From NCBI GenBank assembly GCA_038496445.1, contig JALMLS010000590.1, forward strand, positions 124,001 through 188,000: a DNA stretch of 64,000 bases, written 5' to 3'. Below, piece by piece: positions 25,272-38,388 of the stretch. Source of the stretch: Trichosphaerium sp. ATCC 40318. Taxonomy: Eukaryota; Protista; Tubulinea. Below the pieces are notes generated by a model. That model searched no databases. It was not told the origin of the DNA and was given only the letters and a program-made list of their open reading frames with translations. A program made the translations under genes and the position numbers. Position 1 is the first letter of the stretch. Every line of letters starts with the position of its first letter.

Positions 25272-26991
25272 TCATGCAACATGTTCTCCAACCCATTCAC
25301 CTTTAGAATAAATCCCACTTTCAAGTTTAACACCGTTACTATTCCACCTTTCAAAGATACCATCTTTCTTTCCATTCGAGTAATAACCACGCTCAGACAT
25401 CTGCCTTGTGTCTTTATACCAACGTATTTTTATTGCACTCGTTTCTCCATTCACCTCTGTAATCACCTCACGTGATATAATCAAACCAGTCTTCTTACTA
25501 AAAACCTCTTGCAAACCCTCTAAGACACCGTGGTTGTACGTTTTCTTTGATAGCAGAAGCCTTGTTTTAGGGTCCCATGTTTCCCTTATCCCATGGCACA
25601 CATCACCTTTGTACATTGCACTCAATGTCCTCAATCCAGTCTGTTCATCAAACAATTCTCGTAAACCATCCAATTGTCCATGTTTGTAAGTTTCCCTTAA
25701 TGTTTTTTGCTTAGTTCGTTCACTAAACTCCTCTCTTAGCCCATGATACATACCATCTTTGTACATTTCACTCAGTGTCTTAGCCCCTGTCTGTTCACTA
25801 AACACTTCTTTCAACCCAGTAAGCATTCCGTTACAATACTCTTCAGTAGATATTAAAGAAGCGCTGTCGTCAATGACCATATCTTTCGCTAAGTCTAGAG
25901 ATAAACCAACCAACTTTCCACTTTCGTATTTAATACAATCACTTAGTTTCCATGATCCTGAATAGCCTAGTGTCTTACCATGACGTTCAAGATTACGACC
26001 AAGTGGAGACACAATACTTAAAGAAATGCTATGATTATTAAGCCGTTCATTATTGGCTATATCTATAACCCTTAAATGGTTTCTACAATCAATGTATCTT
26101 GTTATATCATTATCTTTTAGATGCATTTTTCCTTTCCAAGATTTTGGAATTGTGCATGGTATTGTCGGTTCAGGGATATCATATTGGGAGAAAGCGCTAG
26201 CAGGAAATGGTGGTTCAAAGGCGATAAACTGTAGATTATCTAAAGAACGGATGAAGAGTACATGGCCATCGTAATCATAAGCAATTTTTGAATGAGAATT
26301 TTTCCATGTTCCAACTTTTTTGTCCTTTTCGTAATACCCTGATAATACTACTGTATGGTATTCATCTTTTTCTTCGTATTTACCATGTAAAAGACCATCT
26401 TCATACTCTGAAAAAACTAAAGCTTCAAAGTCTATCAGAAAATGTTTGCCATGTTTTTTCCCATTTTTAAAACCATAAGTTTTAACTAACCCCGCTGTGT
26501 CATCATACTCCTCATACATTCCATCGGCCCTTACTCCTTCTTTATATTTGACACGTGTGCGTAATACGTTTGTACGTAGGTATGTTGATGTGAATACTCC
26601 ATGGCGTTTGCCATGAACAAATTCGCAAGTATCTAAGCAAGGCAGCTTGTTAAGAGATATCAGCTGCTCATAGTAACTCTTTTTTCTTTTGAAAAGTCCA
26701 TGCTTTTGCAAACACGTGTCAAACCTTGAAGCAACGGCAAACTCATAATTCAGTAATGGGAACTTCTTTTCCAAGTCCGCATCTTCTCTGGCAATATCAT
26801 AAATACATCGAAGTACTTCTGGAGGTAGATATTCGACTATGTTTCTATATTACGAGTTATTTTTAGCATTTTGCGAAAAAAGCGAAGTAGTCGTACTCAT
26901 CACTCGCTCTGTGAGCCTCTACTATTTCCCTATTGATCTTGGTATGCGCAAATCGCTTCAGAATATTAATCGCAGGTTCCTCAGATGACAT
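25272..26991 (-). CDS. F-box-like + MORN-variant repeat protein 2 (long; start uncertain, possibly ~27160)
   Basis: VEYLPPEVLRCIY...FPLLNYEFAVASRFDTCLQKHG; two MORN-like blocks in ORF 25272-26774. Confidence 0.8.
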
Positions 26992-27591
26992 GTTGTAAAG
27001 TTTCTTCGGCTTTTTACTTTTTTTTCGCTTTCGTTTTTTAGGAGGTTTAATGTGTCGCACTTGTTTGGCTGACGACGCAAAGTAATATGTGTACATACGG
27101 AATATGACCTCTGAAACATTGGTAAAGTATTGCCAAAGTAAGTTAAAAACTTGGAGTAACATTGCAGAGGTGTATCGATGAGTGAAAAAGTGTGGATACA
27201 AAAAGTCACGAAATCCACACGTTTAAACATATTCACTGAACAATGTAAAGTATAACGTCACCATGACTTTGCAAATACTATTTAACGTTATTTAAGAGCT
27301 TCAAACTCTTGTCAAGTAATTTCATTGAAGAGTTGGTAATATTCGTCCTCCCAAAAGATCCCGGTGAAAACCCAAAAAAAAAACTCAATTTTTTATGCTT
27401 CAAAACTTGTCTAAAAATTCTATGTCGCCCTTTTTGTGATGTGTGAGTTCGCGAAACAAAAATACTGAACCCACGAAAGAGCTATTTATTTATCTTTTTT
27501 AGGATGTGTTAACAAACAATGTAGTGGTGAAATTAAATAAATTTATTGGATTTGTAAGCCACGTGTTTTCTTTTTTTTTACTGGTTTTAAT

Positions 27592-30500
27592 TTACTTTTT
27601 CTTTCTCATCGAGATTGATGTCTCGCCATCACAAAAGACAGTTACAGTAAACTTTGACTCATCACCAGGGTTGAAAGCACATGGAACAACAACAATATGA
27701 TTTCTCTTGCTCGTATCAAGGCTCAAATGAGTGAAAGCTTTACAAACACAACTTAGTACAACAAAAAAATAGGGAAAAAAAGTTTTTGTAAACGTACTGT
27801 CACGAGAGCCAAGGAACGCTTCTGGTGCCGTTAATAATTTAGCTACTCCTCTATCGTATAAATAGAATCCAATATTGATGGAGTATGGGACAATTTGGAA
27901 ATCAGCTGTAGACATGACATCACCAGAAGTCTATTTTTAGAAGGCGTCAACAAAATGAATGAAGCGTAAAAATAAAAATAAAACTGACCTGCGACAACAT
28001 GACGCAAAATTTGCACTGTGGATCCTTTGGTAGCGTCACCTCGAAATGAGGATTTGATGTCCATGTTTTATGGTTCTGACAACCACCAGCTGTGCCTCTA
28101 CGCTTTGACCACTTGCTCTGAACAACGAGTAAACATTAAAAACATAAACCAAAGAATGGAATTAATACCTCTGCATTTGTAACATATTTCCAAGGCACCA
28201 AAGGCTCGTATTCAGGTATAGGCTTTCCTTTTTCCGTATATATAATAATATTAAAGTCTCCTGAAATATCAGAAGATTTTGAGTATGGAATAATAGAGTA
28301 GACATCATCAGGATCAAGTTCTGTAACAAACAGTGAGCTTCATTTGAAATAATCAAATAAAAATCTAACCTCCATCATAAGGTGTCTGAGAAGCTAATCC
28401 AGCTCCATTACGTTGGAATGTTGGTTCGTTATGTTCACCTTCCTCACTCTTTACTATGAAAATACCACAACGACGTTGCCTGAAGAGCGTATAAGACGAC
28501 ATTATGAAAAGAAAACAAAGCGAGTAAAATACTACATTTGGAAAAAAAGTAAATAAATCAAGTACCATTCAAGTTTGCGATCAGTCGTTGGGTAGTGTAC
28601 AAACATAGAGCACTTTGTCTTCTTCTCAACCGTGACTGCATATTGAGGACATTCTCTCCAGTTTCTGACAAAGTATAAATAAGAAATAGTTCCAGAGTGT
28701 TTTTGGAAACAACACAAAAACAAAAAACAAAGCTGCGTACTGTTTTAAGCCTTCTGCTTTGATAACAGTCTTGACTGGAAGTTTCTTGCGGATATTAAAT
28801 TCTCTTTGATCATGGATATCCATAGCTTGCATAAACGCACGCCTACAAATTACAAGTAAGCATCTTATATAAGCTCATACTTTTTTGTATAAATCTCACC
28901 TTGCTGGTCCTTCAACTTCATTGCCTTGAGATATTTCCCATACTGTTTTATCACTCTCATTCCTAACATAGATATCTGCACCAAGTTCAACGAAAACCTA
29001 ACACCAGGTTAACATTACGTTGACTTGAGCTGTTTTGGGCTGTTGATGAAACAAAAACTGATGTAAAATATTTTTACCTTAACAGCATCTTCGGCAGCTT
29101 CTTTCAACGCCCAAACAAGTGGTGTATTTCCATTAGCATCTTTAGCATTGATATCTGCTTTCTAAATACAAATGTCAACAGTCTACAATTAAAGAAAGAA
29201 GAATAAAACACGTGTCACGTACAGCTTTAACAAGAGCTTTTATGGCTTCGATGTTATCTCCTTTTGCAGCGTAATGTAGTGGTGTGAGTTCATCAGGTGT
29301 TTTATCAACAGCATCAACAGAAAATCCAGCTTTGACCATAGACGAAACAACCTTTCCACACTTCCAAGCAGCTATAGAATTAATAAGCGGGGGTTTTTTT
29401 ATAACTTTGAAATTATGTACATACCAATGTGTAACGCAGTTACAGCTTTAGTCTTTGTTTCGTTCTTAACGTCCCAAACATCTGTAGCAAGAATAGCCTT
29501 TACATATTCAGGTTCATTCTTCAAGCATGCATATATTAATCCAGTGTTTCCTTTAAAAATATGTCAGTCAGGAGTACGTCAAATCAAAGAAAATTATCCA
29601 ACAAAATAAGTTAAATTATTACAAAAAAAGAAGTCGAGCGTGGTACCTTCTTTATTCTTTATCTTCATATCCAACATATCATCAGCGAGCTTACGCTATA
29701 CATGTATAAGCCATATATACTATAAAAAATAGTAACACCTCTTTCTGCGTACCTTGAACAAGTCGAGACGATTTTTGTTGATAAGTTCGTGCAAAGGATA
29801 TTTAAAGTATTCTACAGGTCGCACTTCGCGACTTGAAGTAGTAGCTGCAGAAGGCAAGTACATAACATGCAGACGGATCTCACCCTTTTCTTTCTTCTTT
29901 TTACCTTTGTACAGGGTGTGCCACGCATCGCTTGGGTACCCATCAAGCAACTAATATGACATATAAATAAATACAAGCGCTATAAAGCAAGAAATAATAA
30001 AAATACTCTCAGATTGAATGAATTAAATGCGAAACGTACGCCTTCTATTTCTATTGAAGCTGCGCCAATAGCTGGTGCTGTGATTAGTTTTTTCTCGTAT
30101 AACTTGACAATAAGTTTCTCTGGCTTGCTATTCAGCTTGCTAAAGGGGTACGATAAGCAATCTGACATATACTGTGTTTATACGGGGGTTTTTTTTTGTA
30201 GACTTCCAGAAAATACGTACAATAGCCTGCCTTGTTCCTTTGAGAAGTCTACACTCTTTTTGATAACTTCACTGCTGTATACGCTTTTCTACAGAGTATT
30301 TAAATTTGGATTGCATTAAAAATAGCAAAAAAACCCTTGCGATTGGGCGTAGTTGCGTACTTTTGCATCATCAAAAAAGCATTGGACGTAGTATGCACCA
30401 GGTTTTTTGGAAACGTTCTTAACCTCGAGAACTACGTTCATTAGTTCGTTTTATACGCGTTCATAGCATAGGAATAGCGAATGAGCATTTTATACTAAAA

Positions 30501-31068
30501 ATGTACCTGAAAAGTGTACACTGCCTTCAAACCAGTCCCCATCACTGCGAGGTGATAGAGTTTTAGCTTTCTCGATATCTACCTCGAGTTTATCTTCACT
30601 CTTTTTTTTAGCGCCTTTCTTTCTCGAAGCATCACTCTTTTTGCTCTTAGACGTCTTCTTTTTTGGTTCTTCGTCAACAGCTGACATTGACGGTTCAACT
30701 TCTTCAATTTCGTCGTCTTCGCCATCTTCGACATCTACCTCCTCTACTTCATCATCGTCAGTACTTTCGTCATCTTCGCTCTCTTTATCTTCAGAACTTT
30801 CGTCTTCCGATGCTTCTGGACTTTTTGACTCGTCCTCTGCATCTTCGCCACCGCTAGAGTCTTTCTGCTTGGTTTTGCCTGATTTTGCGCTTTCTTTGTT
30901 ATCTTCTTCAGCGGTACTTTCATCGTCGCTTTCTTCTTCAGTACTCTCGTCGTTATCCACTACTTCTTCCTTAGCCTTTTTCTTTTTGGACACCTTTGTA
31001 ACGATCTGTTGTTCTTCGCTTGTAGACTCGTCGTCGTCTTCTATTATTTCTTCCTTCTTCTTAGACAT
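27592..31068 (-). CDS. Acidic N-terminus - C2 domain - ankyrin repeats - tandem calpain domain-III-like protein
   Basis: D/E/K-rich exon 30490-31068. C2-like LIVKLYEK..IGAASIEI..DAWHTL..GEIRLHVMY. Ankyrins GNTGLIYAC, TPLHYAAKGDN, GNTPLVWA. Calpain-III-like NWRECPQY, KWSKRRGTAGGCQNH, VVVPCAFNPGDESKFTVTV. Confidence 0.75.
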
Positions 31069-31287
31069 GATGTACTGTATGTGTTACTAATTAAAGTTGT
31101 AGTTTATTTTGCCCAAATTTATTCGTTCTTGAATAAGTCTTTAACACCATCTTGCGTCATGCGTTACCTCATTCACAACGAAAGCGTCTGTAATATAGCT
31201 AGCTAGTAAATACGTAATTACTTCAATCTTGTTAAAACGTGCGAAAAAGTGTACAAAGTATTCTATACGCTAAATAATATGTAACAA

Positions 31288-33788
31288 ATGCGTTGTGTGG
31301 GGTATGTATGCTGTTTGACAATTGTAAATTGTGACAAAAGTCGTAGAAGGGTGCAACAGAGGCATACTCGCTATCCCTACCAACAGAATGTTAGTACACG
31401 ACAATATTCGGTAGCTGTCATTTCAAAACCCTACAGGTACTAAAATATGATTTATACGCACTAAGTAGTTGTCTAATCGAACCAAGGAATGATATACAAG
31501 ATCACAAAGAAAGTTATTTTCAAACAAACCAATATAACGCACTGAACCGCGTTGGGAAGGTTCTAAACGTAAAATCGCTGGACGATTGGTTTAACATTAC
31601 GCATGAAATGATAACGGCTTACGACCCTTTTATATGCCGAGATACGCGCCTCAGCAAGCTATTACCACATATATTCCCAAAGTTCGAGTGGAAAAAATGG
31701 AAATTCCGTAGCGAGTACGTCTGCGGACGCATTACCTTTTGGACTCTCTGTTGCGCGCCAAACCAACAAGAAAATAGTAACTTATGGATAGGAATCATGC
31801 TCCAAAGATATGGGATGATAAAGCAATGCAAAGATCCAAGTTTGAGGACATTGCAGAGAGACTTGGTATAAAAACTTTTAGTGATTGGCTTCGCGTTACT
31901 CTTTCGGACTTTAGAGCAGTAGACAGCGCTAATATAATAAATACAAGGTACACCCAACATCTCTTTTGTTCTAAGAATGTAAAGTCCATCAATTTTTGTA
32001 TTGCTGCGGCTCACAGTCCGTCATGAGAACGCAAGTGTCTCTAATTTTATGACACTTACCGCGTAGCTTCATTCCTATGCTTATATTAATGATTGAACTG
32101 CTTGAAGTACATACGTACCGCGTTTGTTGAACAGCAACATTTTATTTTATTTGTATTAAAATCGTTTCTTATCATTGCACGTGTAGGTACAATTACTCGG
32201 TGTTAAATGCACTTGAAAGTATATACCCTGAAAGAGAATGGCCAAAGAGTTTGGATAGGTATTATAAAAGGAGCATACTAGAAGATAGATTATCTGACGA
32301 AGTGCCTGAGTATGATACAGATTATATTGAAAAACTTGCAGAAAAGTTGGATATAAAAGATGCTAGTGGATGGCTAAAGTTATCACGATCTCAGTATTTA
32401 CCCTATGCTCGGTTTTTACTAAAAAAGCACGTGATAATGTTTTATTTATTTAGTAGTTATTTATACTCGCTGTAGATACGGATCTATGATCAATATTTTG
32501 GCGAAGTGTTATCCAAAGCATTTTGTTTCTGGAATGTATGTTACTTTTTTTGGATTTTTTTTTGACGTTTTCTTGTTAAAGTAAATTGTAGGGGTCTTGA
32601 TTCTGGTGATACCTTGGCCTTATGTAAGCAAATTTCGAAGGATCATAACATAGAGGATCCCCAGTCTTGGTATTAATATGAGCTATGAAAGCGAAAGTAA
32701 AAATACTTACCGTTTTTTATTGCATAGGTATCGCTTTTCTAGAGATTATTTGAATCACCTCAATTCTTCGTCTTCCAACAATGGAGCAACGCCAAAAGCA
32801 CTTCATGGTTTTCCAAGAATATTACAAGTAATGTACCCTGAAGAAAAATGGAATTGGGATATGTTCAATAGCTCAGACAAGCGAGGAAAGCAGTGGTGAG
32901 TTTTTATGAAAACGCTGATTTTTTTGGGGTTAATCCATGGCACAGAAGGCCTCTTTTTCGGTCGGGCTCATACGCATTTTATACTCGAACCCCCAAATAT
33001 CGCTTAGCTCAATTAGTAGAGCATCTGTCTTAAGCACAGATGGTTGTGAGTCTGAATCTCACAGGGAACATTATTTTTTTATAAACTTGCTTAAATTATA
33101 ATTTTTTGACATTTGACACTTTCGATATCATACTAATTTATCAACATAGGTGGTTGCTAAATTGTGTAAAAAAGATTCTATCTAGTTATGTCGTATTGGA
33201 AGACTATGTGCCTGGTATAGAAATAAGTAAAAAGTCAGATATCGAGATTTCTCTTGATATTTTTATTCCGGAGCTTCGACTTGCTTTAGAGTATCAAGGA
33301 GAGCAGCACTATATTGATATACCGTCAAAGTTCGGTCCAACAATCATACGTGAGCGTAGGGACCTTGAGAAACTGAAACAATGCCAACAAAACGGTAAAC
33401 GCTGCAAGTCAATTTATCTGCGTTTTCTAATGCTATCAAAATGTAGGTATAACTGTTTTACCTATCCCTTATTGGTGGAATGGTAATAGCGATGATATTG
33501 CAGCTACAATTTTACATTATAGGTATGGCCCACCTCTGCATTTTAGTCGTCTTGTGTGGACTTATTGCCAAAACTCGATTTTTTTTCTCTTGAAACGAAA
33601 TACTAACTATTGCTGCGTTTAGGCCTGACCTCTCTGCTGCAATTGGACGCACACACGGCACTCCTCTTGTTACTCTCAAAGAGAGTTATATTGGTATTCC
33701 TTTAAAAGAACACAAAACGTCAGCACAGCATGCTCCTAGTGCTGGCTTACAACAAGTGACTGTCGCTAATGTAATTGTAAATAATTAA
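31288..33788 (+). CDS. Trp-repeat protein with C-terminal PD-(D/E)XK (Vsr/DUF559/RAP-like) nuclease fold
   Basis: Repeats LNVKSLDDWFNIT, LGIKTFSDWLRVT, LDIKDASGWLKLS and FPKFEWKKW, YPEREW, YPEEKWNW; C-terminal SLDIFIPELRLALEYQGEQHY...RRDLEKLKQCQQNGITVLPIPYWW. Confidence 0.75.
32998..33070 (+). tRNA. tRNA-like element / probable tRNA pseudogene, anticodon UAA, short variable loop, inside an intron
   Basis: Canonical spacing: D stem GCTC/GAGC, anticodon stem TCTGT/ACAGA with loop CTTAAGC, T stem GTGAG/CTCAC, followed by a T-run. Deviations: three acceptor mismatches, A18 instead of G18, T loop TCTGAAT. Confidence 0.7.
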
Positions 33789-34098
33789 AAAAAACTTTTT
33801 TTAGACTTTTTTTTGTCAATTACAGACGTTTGGAATATGTTTCTAGCTAGGTAGTTGAGTCTTTGCGTGTTACGATAAGAAAGCCCTATTAACGAGCTGT
33901 TATGATTATATTCTAACAACGTAATGTAAATGAATCTATAGAAGGCGTCAAAGGAGGTTTAGTGTTCGTAGACGGCGTATAAGAGACAAAACTTAATAAA
34001 TGAAGTTAAGGTTGGTCATTCCGTATCAAAAAGCTATTTCTGCGTTGAGGAATTACTGCTACTCATTGTACAAGATATCAACTTGTCTGTAGCTTATC

Positions 34099-37000
34099 AT
34101 GGCTGCGAAGGTGCTGTTTTTAAAGAAATATTTGGATAAATAGTTTACAAATTCAATACAGGTTACGCCTTTGAAGAAGGCCATGAGCACTGCTGCGCAA
34201 GATTTAGTTTGTACGACATTATTACTGTTTTTAGCTCATTTTGGTTAGCCGTCACAGTCAGCTCCGGTAGAGCACTTATACATGTACGCGTTGTGGTCCC
34301 TCAGAAATACAACGAAGCTACAGTCGCTTGTGAGGTTTGTGAAGTTTGCTATCGTCTAATAGTAGTTAACTAAGCCTTATATTATAGCATTCGTGTCGTA
34401 AGAGCGAGTTTCTCCAAAACCTTAATCAAAACGATTTACCTTTTGACAAGGATAAAGTAAAGTATGCATGCGTTAAAACACCTATAATATATATGGTGAT
34501 CAAAACTAACGAGGTTTTTTACAAAGGGTGTTCGTAGAGCACGATCGGTTTGGTAAAAACGGCTTATTTCTATGGGAGGATGCAGATTTATCACTTGGAA
34601 GGCTTGTTAATACAAAAGAAAACGATCAGGTACCGTTTCGCGTGAATTATACAATTTTGACGCGAAAACTGCCATTTGCAACGCCCAAGCGTTTATTTGG
34701 CTATGGCAAGTGCATTTCACGTTGTTGTTCGCTTGTGGAGTGCACACGTGAAGTAAACTTTGGAAACCGAACGTGTTAAATGTCAAAAAATGTGACTGAC
34801 AAAATGTTTCTTCTAGGCTATTCCTTATGTAAATACAATATATCTTTTGGGTATTGGTGATCAAGCTGTACCGAAACAAAGTAAAGAAGCTCGTAAAAGG
34901 AAGCAATGGCATCGTCGTATGAGCAACAAGGCTCTTAAACGGCTAAAACGTAAATCAGAGGTGAGTACGACGAATTTTTGGCAGACTTTTCTTTGTTTTC
35001 ACAGTGAAGAAAAATTCTGTGGATATCAACGAAAAAACTCCGTCCTAAACAGGTTTTTTTGGATTTTTTTTTTGTTCAGAAAATCAGGACGAAAATAATC
35101 CAAAAATAGTTTTGAAGTCCTATAACTATTAAATAGAATAAAAATGTTGGTGGACGCGTTTTTTATAAAGCTAATGTTTATTTATAGCCTCGAAGTAGTG
35201 GTACGAATAGTCTGAAAAATAGTAAAAAATCAGATGCTGGTGGTTTATTCTTTGATCTTGATATCGTTACTACCATCTTAAACTTCTTGGCTAAGAACCG
35301 TGCGCATTTCTCTTCATTAAAATCTTTATTGTGACAATGCTCCAAATCTTTTTTTTTTGATAGTTGGCGTCAACAAGACACGAAAAAAATGAGATTTTTT
35401 TTGTTTATCTTTTTAACTGGTTTGTTAGATTGCGAGCAATATGAAGGTATATTTCGCGTTTCTGGTGATAGTGGTGAAATTATGAAAGCGTATAATATCG
35501 CTGTACATGACAAAGGAGAAATACCTGATGATACTTCTGTTTTTGTTGCTGGTGATGTATTAAAGAGATATCTTCGCGATTTGACTGATCCAATCATTCC
35601 ACATAAATTTTACTCTCCGTTCATTAGAACGCAACAACGTGCGTTAATATCACTTTACAACATTTATGAACACATAATAATATTTATTTTGTAGAGGCTG
35701 ATCCTACAACATGCTCTCAAACGCTCAAAGAAACACTCAAGTAAGTTGTTTTTTCTGCACATCCTTTTTTTCGTTTTGTTTATTTTTGTTCCTAGGTTAC
35801 TTCCAAAAGCTAATTTTCAGGGTATGAAGGCTTTAGTTGGTTTACTTAGAGTTATATCTGATAACTCGGATATAAGTAAAATGACTATTGGTAATTTGGC
35901 GATTGTATTCCAACAGACAATTATGTGGTCTGAAAATGATGTCAGCGAGTTTTTCGCTCATTCCAAGTTTATTGGTGCACTCATAGAGGCAATGATAAGC
36001 CAGAGTGATGACATATTCGAAAAAGATAAATCAGAAACGACCATAAGATTACCAGACCAAGTTGCAGATAATCCAACAACAGTGTAAGAAGAGAACCTTT
36101 GACAAAATCTATTGCTATTTTTTTTTATGTTAATTAATATTAATTTATCATTATAGTACTAAGACTGTATTACATCATGAATTGGAGCTTGTTCGAGATT
36201 CAACATCTACAAGTACGTATTATGTATACACGTACAAAATTCAATGAGCTTTACTAATGTGGTTGTTAAGGTGGAAACAGAAATCTTGTACCAACAATTG
36301 CAAAGAGAAAATCAAAGCAACTTGGTGAAATTCACGATTGGATGGAGAAGTCTCGTTCTGCACCTAATATCGGTTCACCAGATAGTTCTACTAAAAAAGC
36401 ACCAAAGAAGATGAATACTGTTGGAAACATACCATTAATGGTATCAGCAGATGCTGTCCGTCAAAAGAAAAAACAACTTCGTAATTCAGAGAAAAATCAA
36501 AGGTTTCTGAAGAAGCCTGACACAACCAAACCTCGAACGAATTCTGCAGGTTAGACACCGTAATTACGTTTAATGTTTCATTATCTTATGATATATTATA
36601 GCACCACTGGTGACAGGTAATCCTAAGGACCTCAGTAGAAGAAATTCAGAAATGGTCGTTGGCGGTACTGTAAGTCGTTTTTTATTTGATCTTCCTTAAC
36701 TTGTATTTTCACTGAAGCCAATATTGTTCCTTACCATCTCTACATAGCGTGCTCTTAGTACAAAGACAGGATCTAGAAGAGATAGGTCACGTTTCTCAGC
36801 ACAAGTGAGAAAGATAAAGTCAATGAGAGAAGAGCCAGAGCCATTAACAAATTTTTCTGCTCGGATACCGCCACCTATTGTTGGTAATGTACCCAAGCCT
36901 TCTCCTCTAACTGCAGCAACACCTCCACCAACTAGACCATCTTCTCGTCTTGCTAGTAGGCCTTTATCGATGCCTATAACAGCCAAGATACCTGCGCCTA

Positions 37001-37927
37001 TATCACTACCGGTTGCTTCACCAATACCGTCTCCTACATCACCACTATCGCCTACAAGCTCGAAAAAACTAAAGAAAACGTACGTCAACGAGTCTTTTCA
37101 TTTCTTGTTTTTTTTGATTCTTATTGATTTGGTCTTTTTGCTTTAGTTCTAAGCTTCGTGCTGCATATCAGACGTTGAAGGATCCTAATGCAAGTATTGC
37201 TGATAAACAATCAGCAGCAGCAAAGCTTCATTCATCTGTACAAAAAGGCACGTGAGCATAACATCAAAACTAAAAAATATCCAAACAATTTTATTTTCTT
37301 CTTCTTGTTTTATTTTGGTTCCTTTCTTCGCAGCTACTCTGTCTTAAATTGTTTTTGGTTAATTCATTTATAGATCGCGCCAAGGTTTTATCGTTTTTAA
37401 AAGGTAGACAAAAGAAGGACAATAAAGGAGTATATGATATGCTCTTTGAAATGCTTGATTTAATAGTTGCCATAAAAGAAAAGTCACCACGTTCAAAGTC
37501 CAAGAAAAAAGGATCGAAAGTAAAGCTTCTTGGTGTTAATAACTCTAAAAAGGACGTTAAAGAAAATGGTATAGTCTCAATCGAGACAAAGAAGGTTGGA
37601 AATAAGGATACCAAGAAGAGTAAGAAAAAAGATAAATCAAGCTCTTCCAAAACAAAAGACGAAGAAGTCGATACTGTCGACGATTATGAGAGTAAGAACT
37701 CTCCTAACGCTGATAAACAACATTATAATGATAAAAATGTTGAAGAAGAGGCTGAAGAAGTTGAAGAGGAAGCTGACGAAGGTGAAGATCTTGAAGAAGA
37801 TGACTCTGACGAAGAAGATGTTGAAGAATCTGAAGGTGAGGAAGACGAACCTGAAAGCAGTTATGATCAATCTGAAGTTGATGATATAATGTCAAGTATA
37901 TCAACTGGACCTCCTTCATCACGTTAA
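34099..37927 (+). CDS. RhoGAP-domain protein with Pro-rich and acidic C-terminal regions
   Basis: EGIFRVSG (arginine finger), VLKRYLRDLTDPIIP, SKMTIGNLAIVFQQTI; many short introns; start approximate. Confidence 0.85.
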
Positions 37928-38388
37928 CAACTTTTTTTATTTGTTTTTGATAGAAGACAAACAAAAACAAGGTAAAAAGAAAAAAAAAAAAAATGTACAA
38001 GAAAAAATGTATTTGTGGATAAGTCAAAGTATATCAGTTTATTTTTATTAAATTTAATTTTACTTGAAAATAATAGGGTTGTACTACATACATTGTGTGG
38101 TGTATGACTAGTACCTAGACAAAAAATGTTAAGGTCAAAATGTGAAAAGTTTGCTCTTTCTCCTATTTTTGCGTTTGATATCAACTGTTACTTTTAATTG
38201 TTATGCAAAAGTGTCGTGGATCAATGATGAAAGGTGAGCATGATAATACAGTTGGGCGATGCTTTTTTCTAAAACAAAAGAGCACTTGAAAGTTGTTGGT
38301 TCTTATATTCATTCATTTTGCTTTTTACCATCGACTCACGTGGTCCTTGAGCAAATAGTACTGTTTATTTTCGTGTTAAAGGATGTAT

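Noticed and set aside
33029-33035. Ochre suppressor (UUA anticodon) reading of the tRNA-like element
   Set aside because: Canonical numbering places U33 at 33030 and anticodon TAA at 33031-33033; TAA is also the commonest stop codon here.
30641-38027. Ser/Phe/Leu-rich ORFs 30641-31090, 37291-37650 and 37637-38027
   Set aside because: Antisense or alternative-frame readings of acidic/Lys-rich low-complexity exons.
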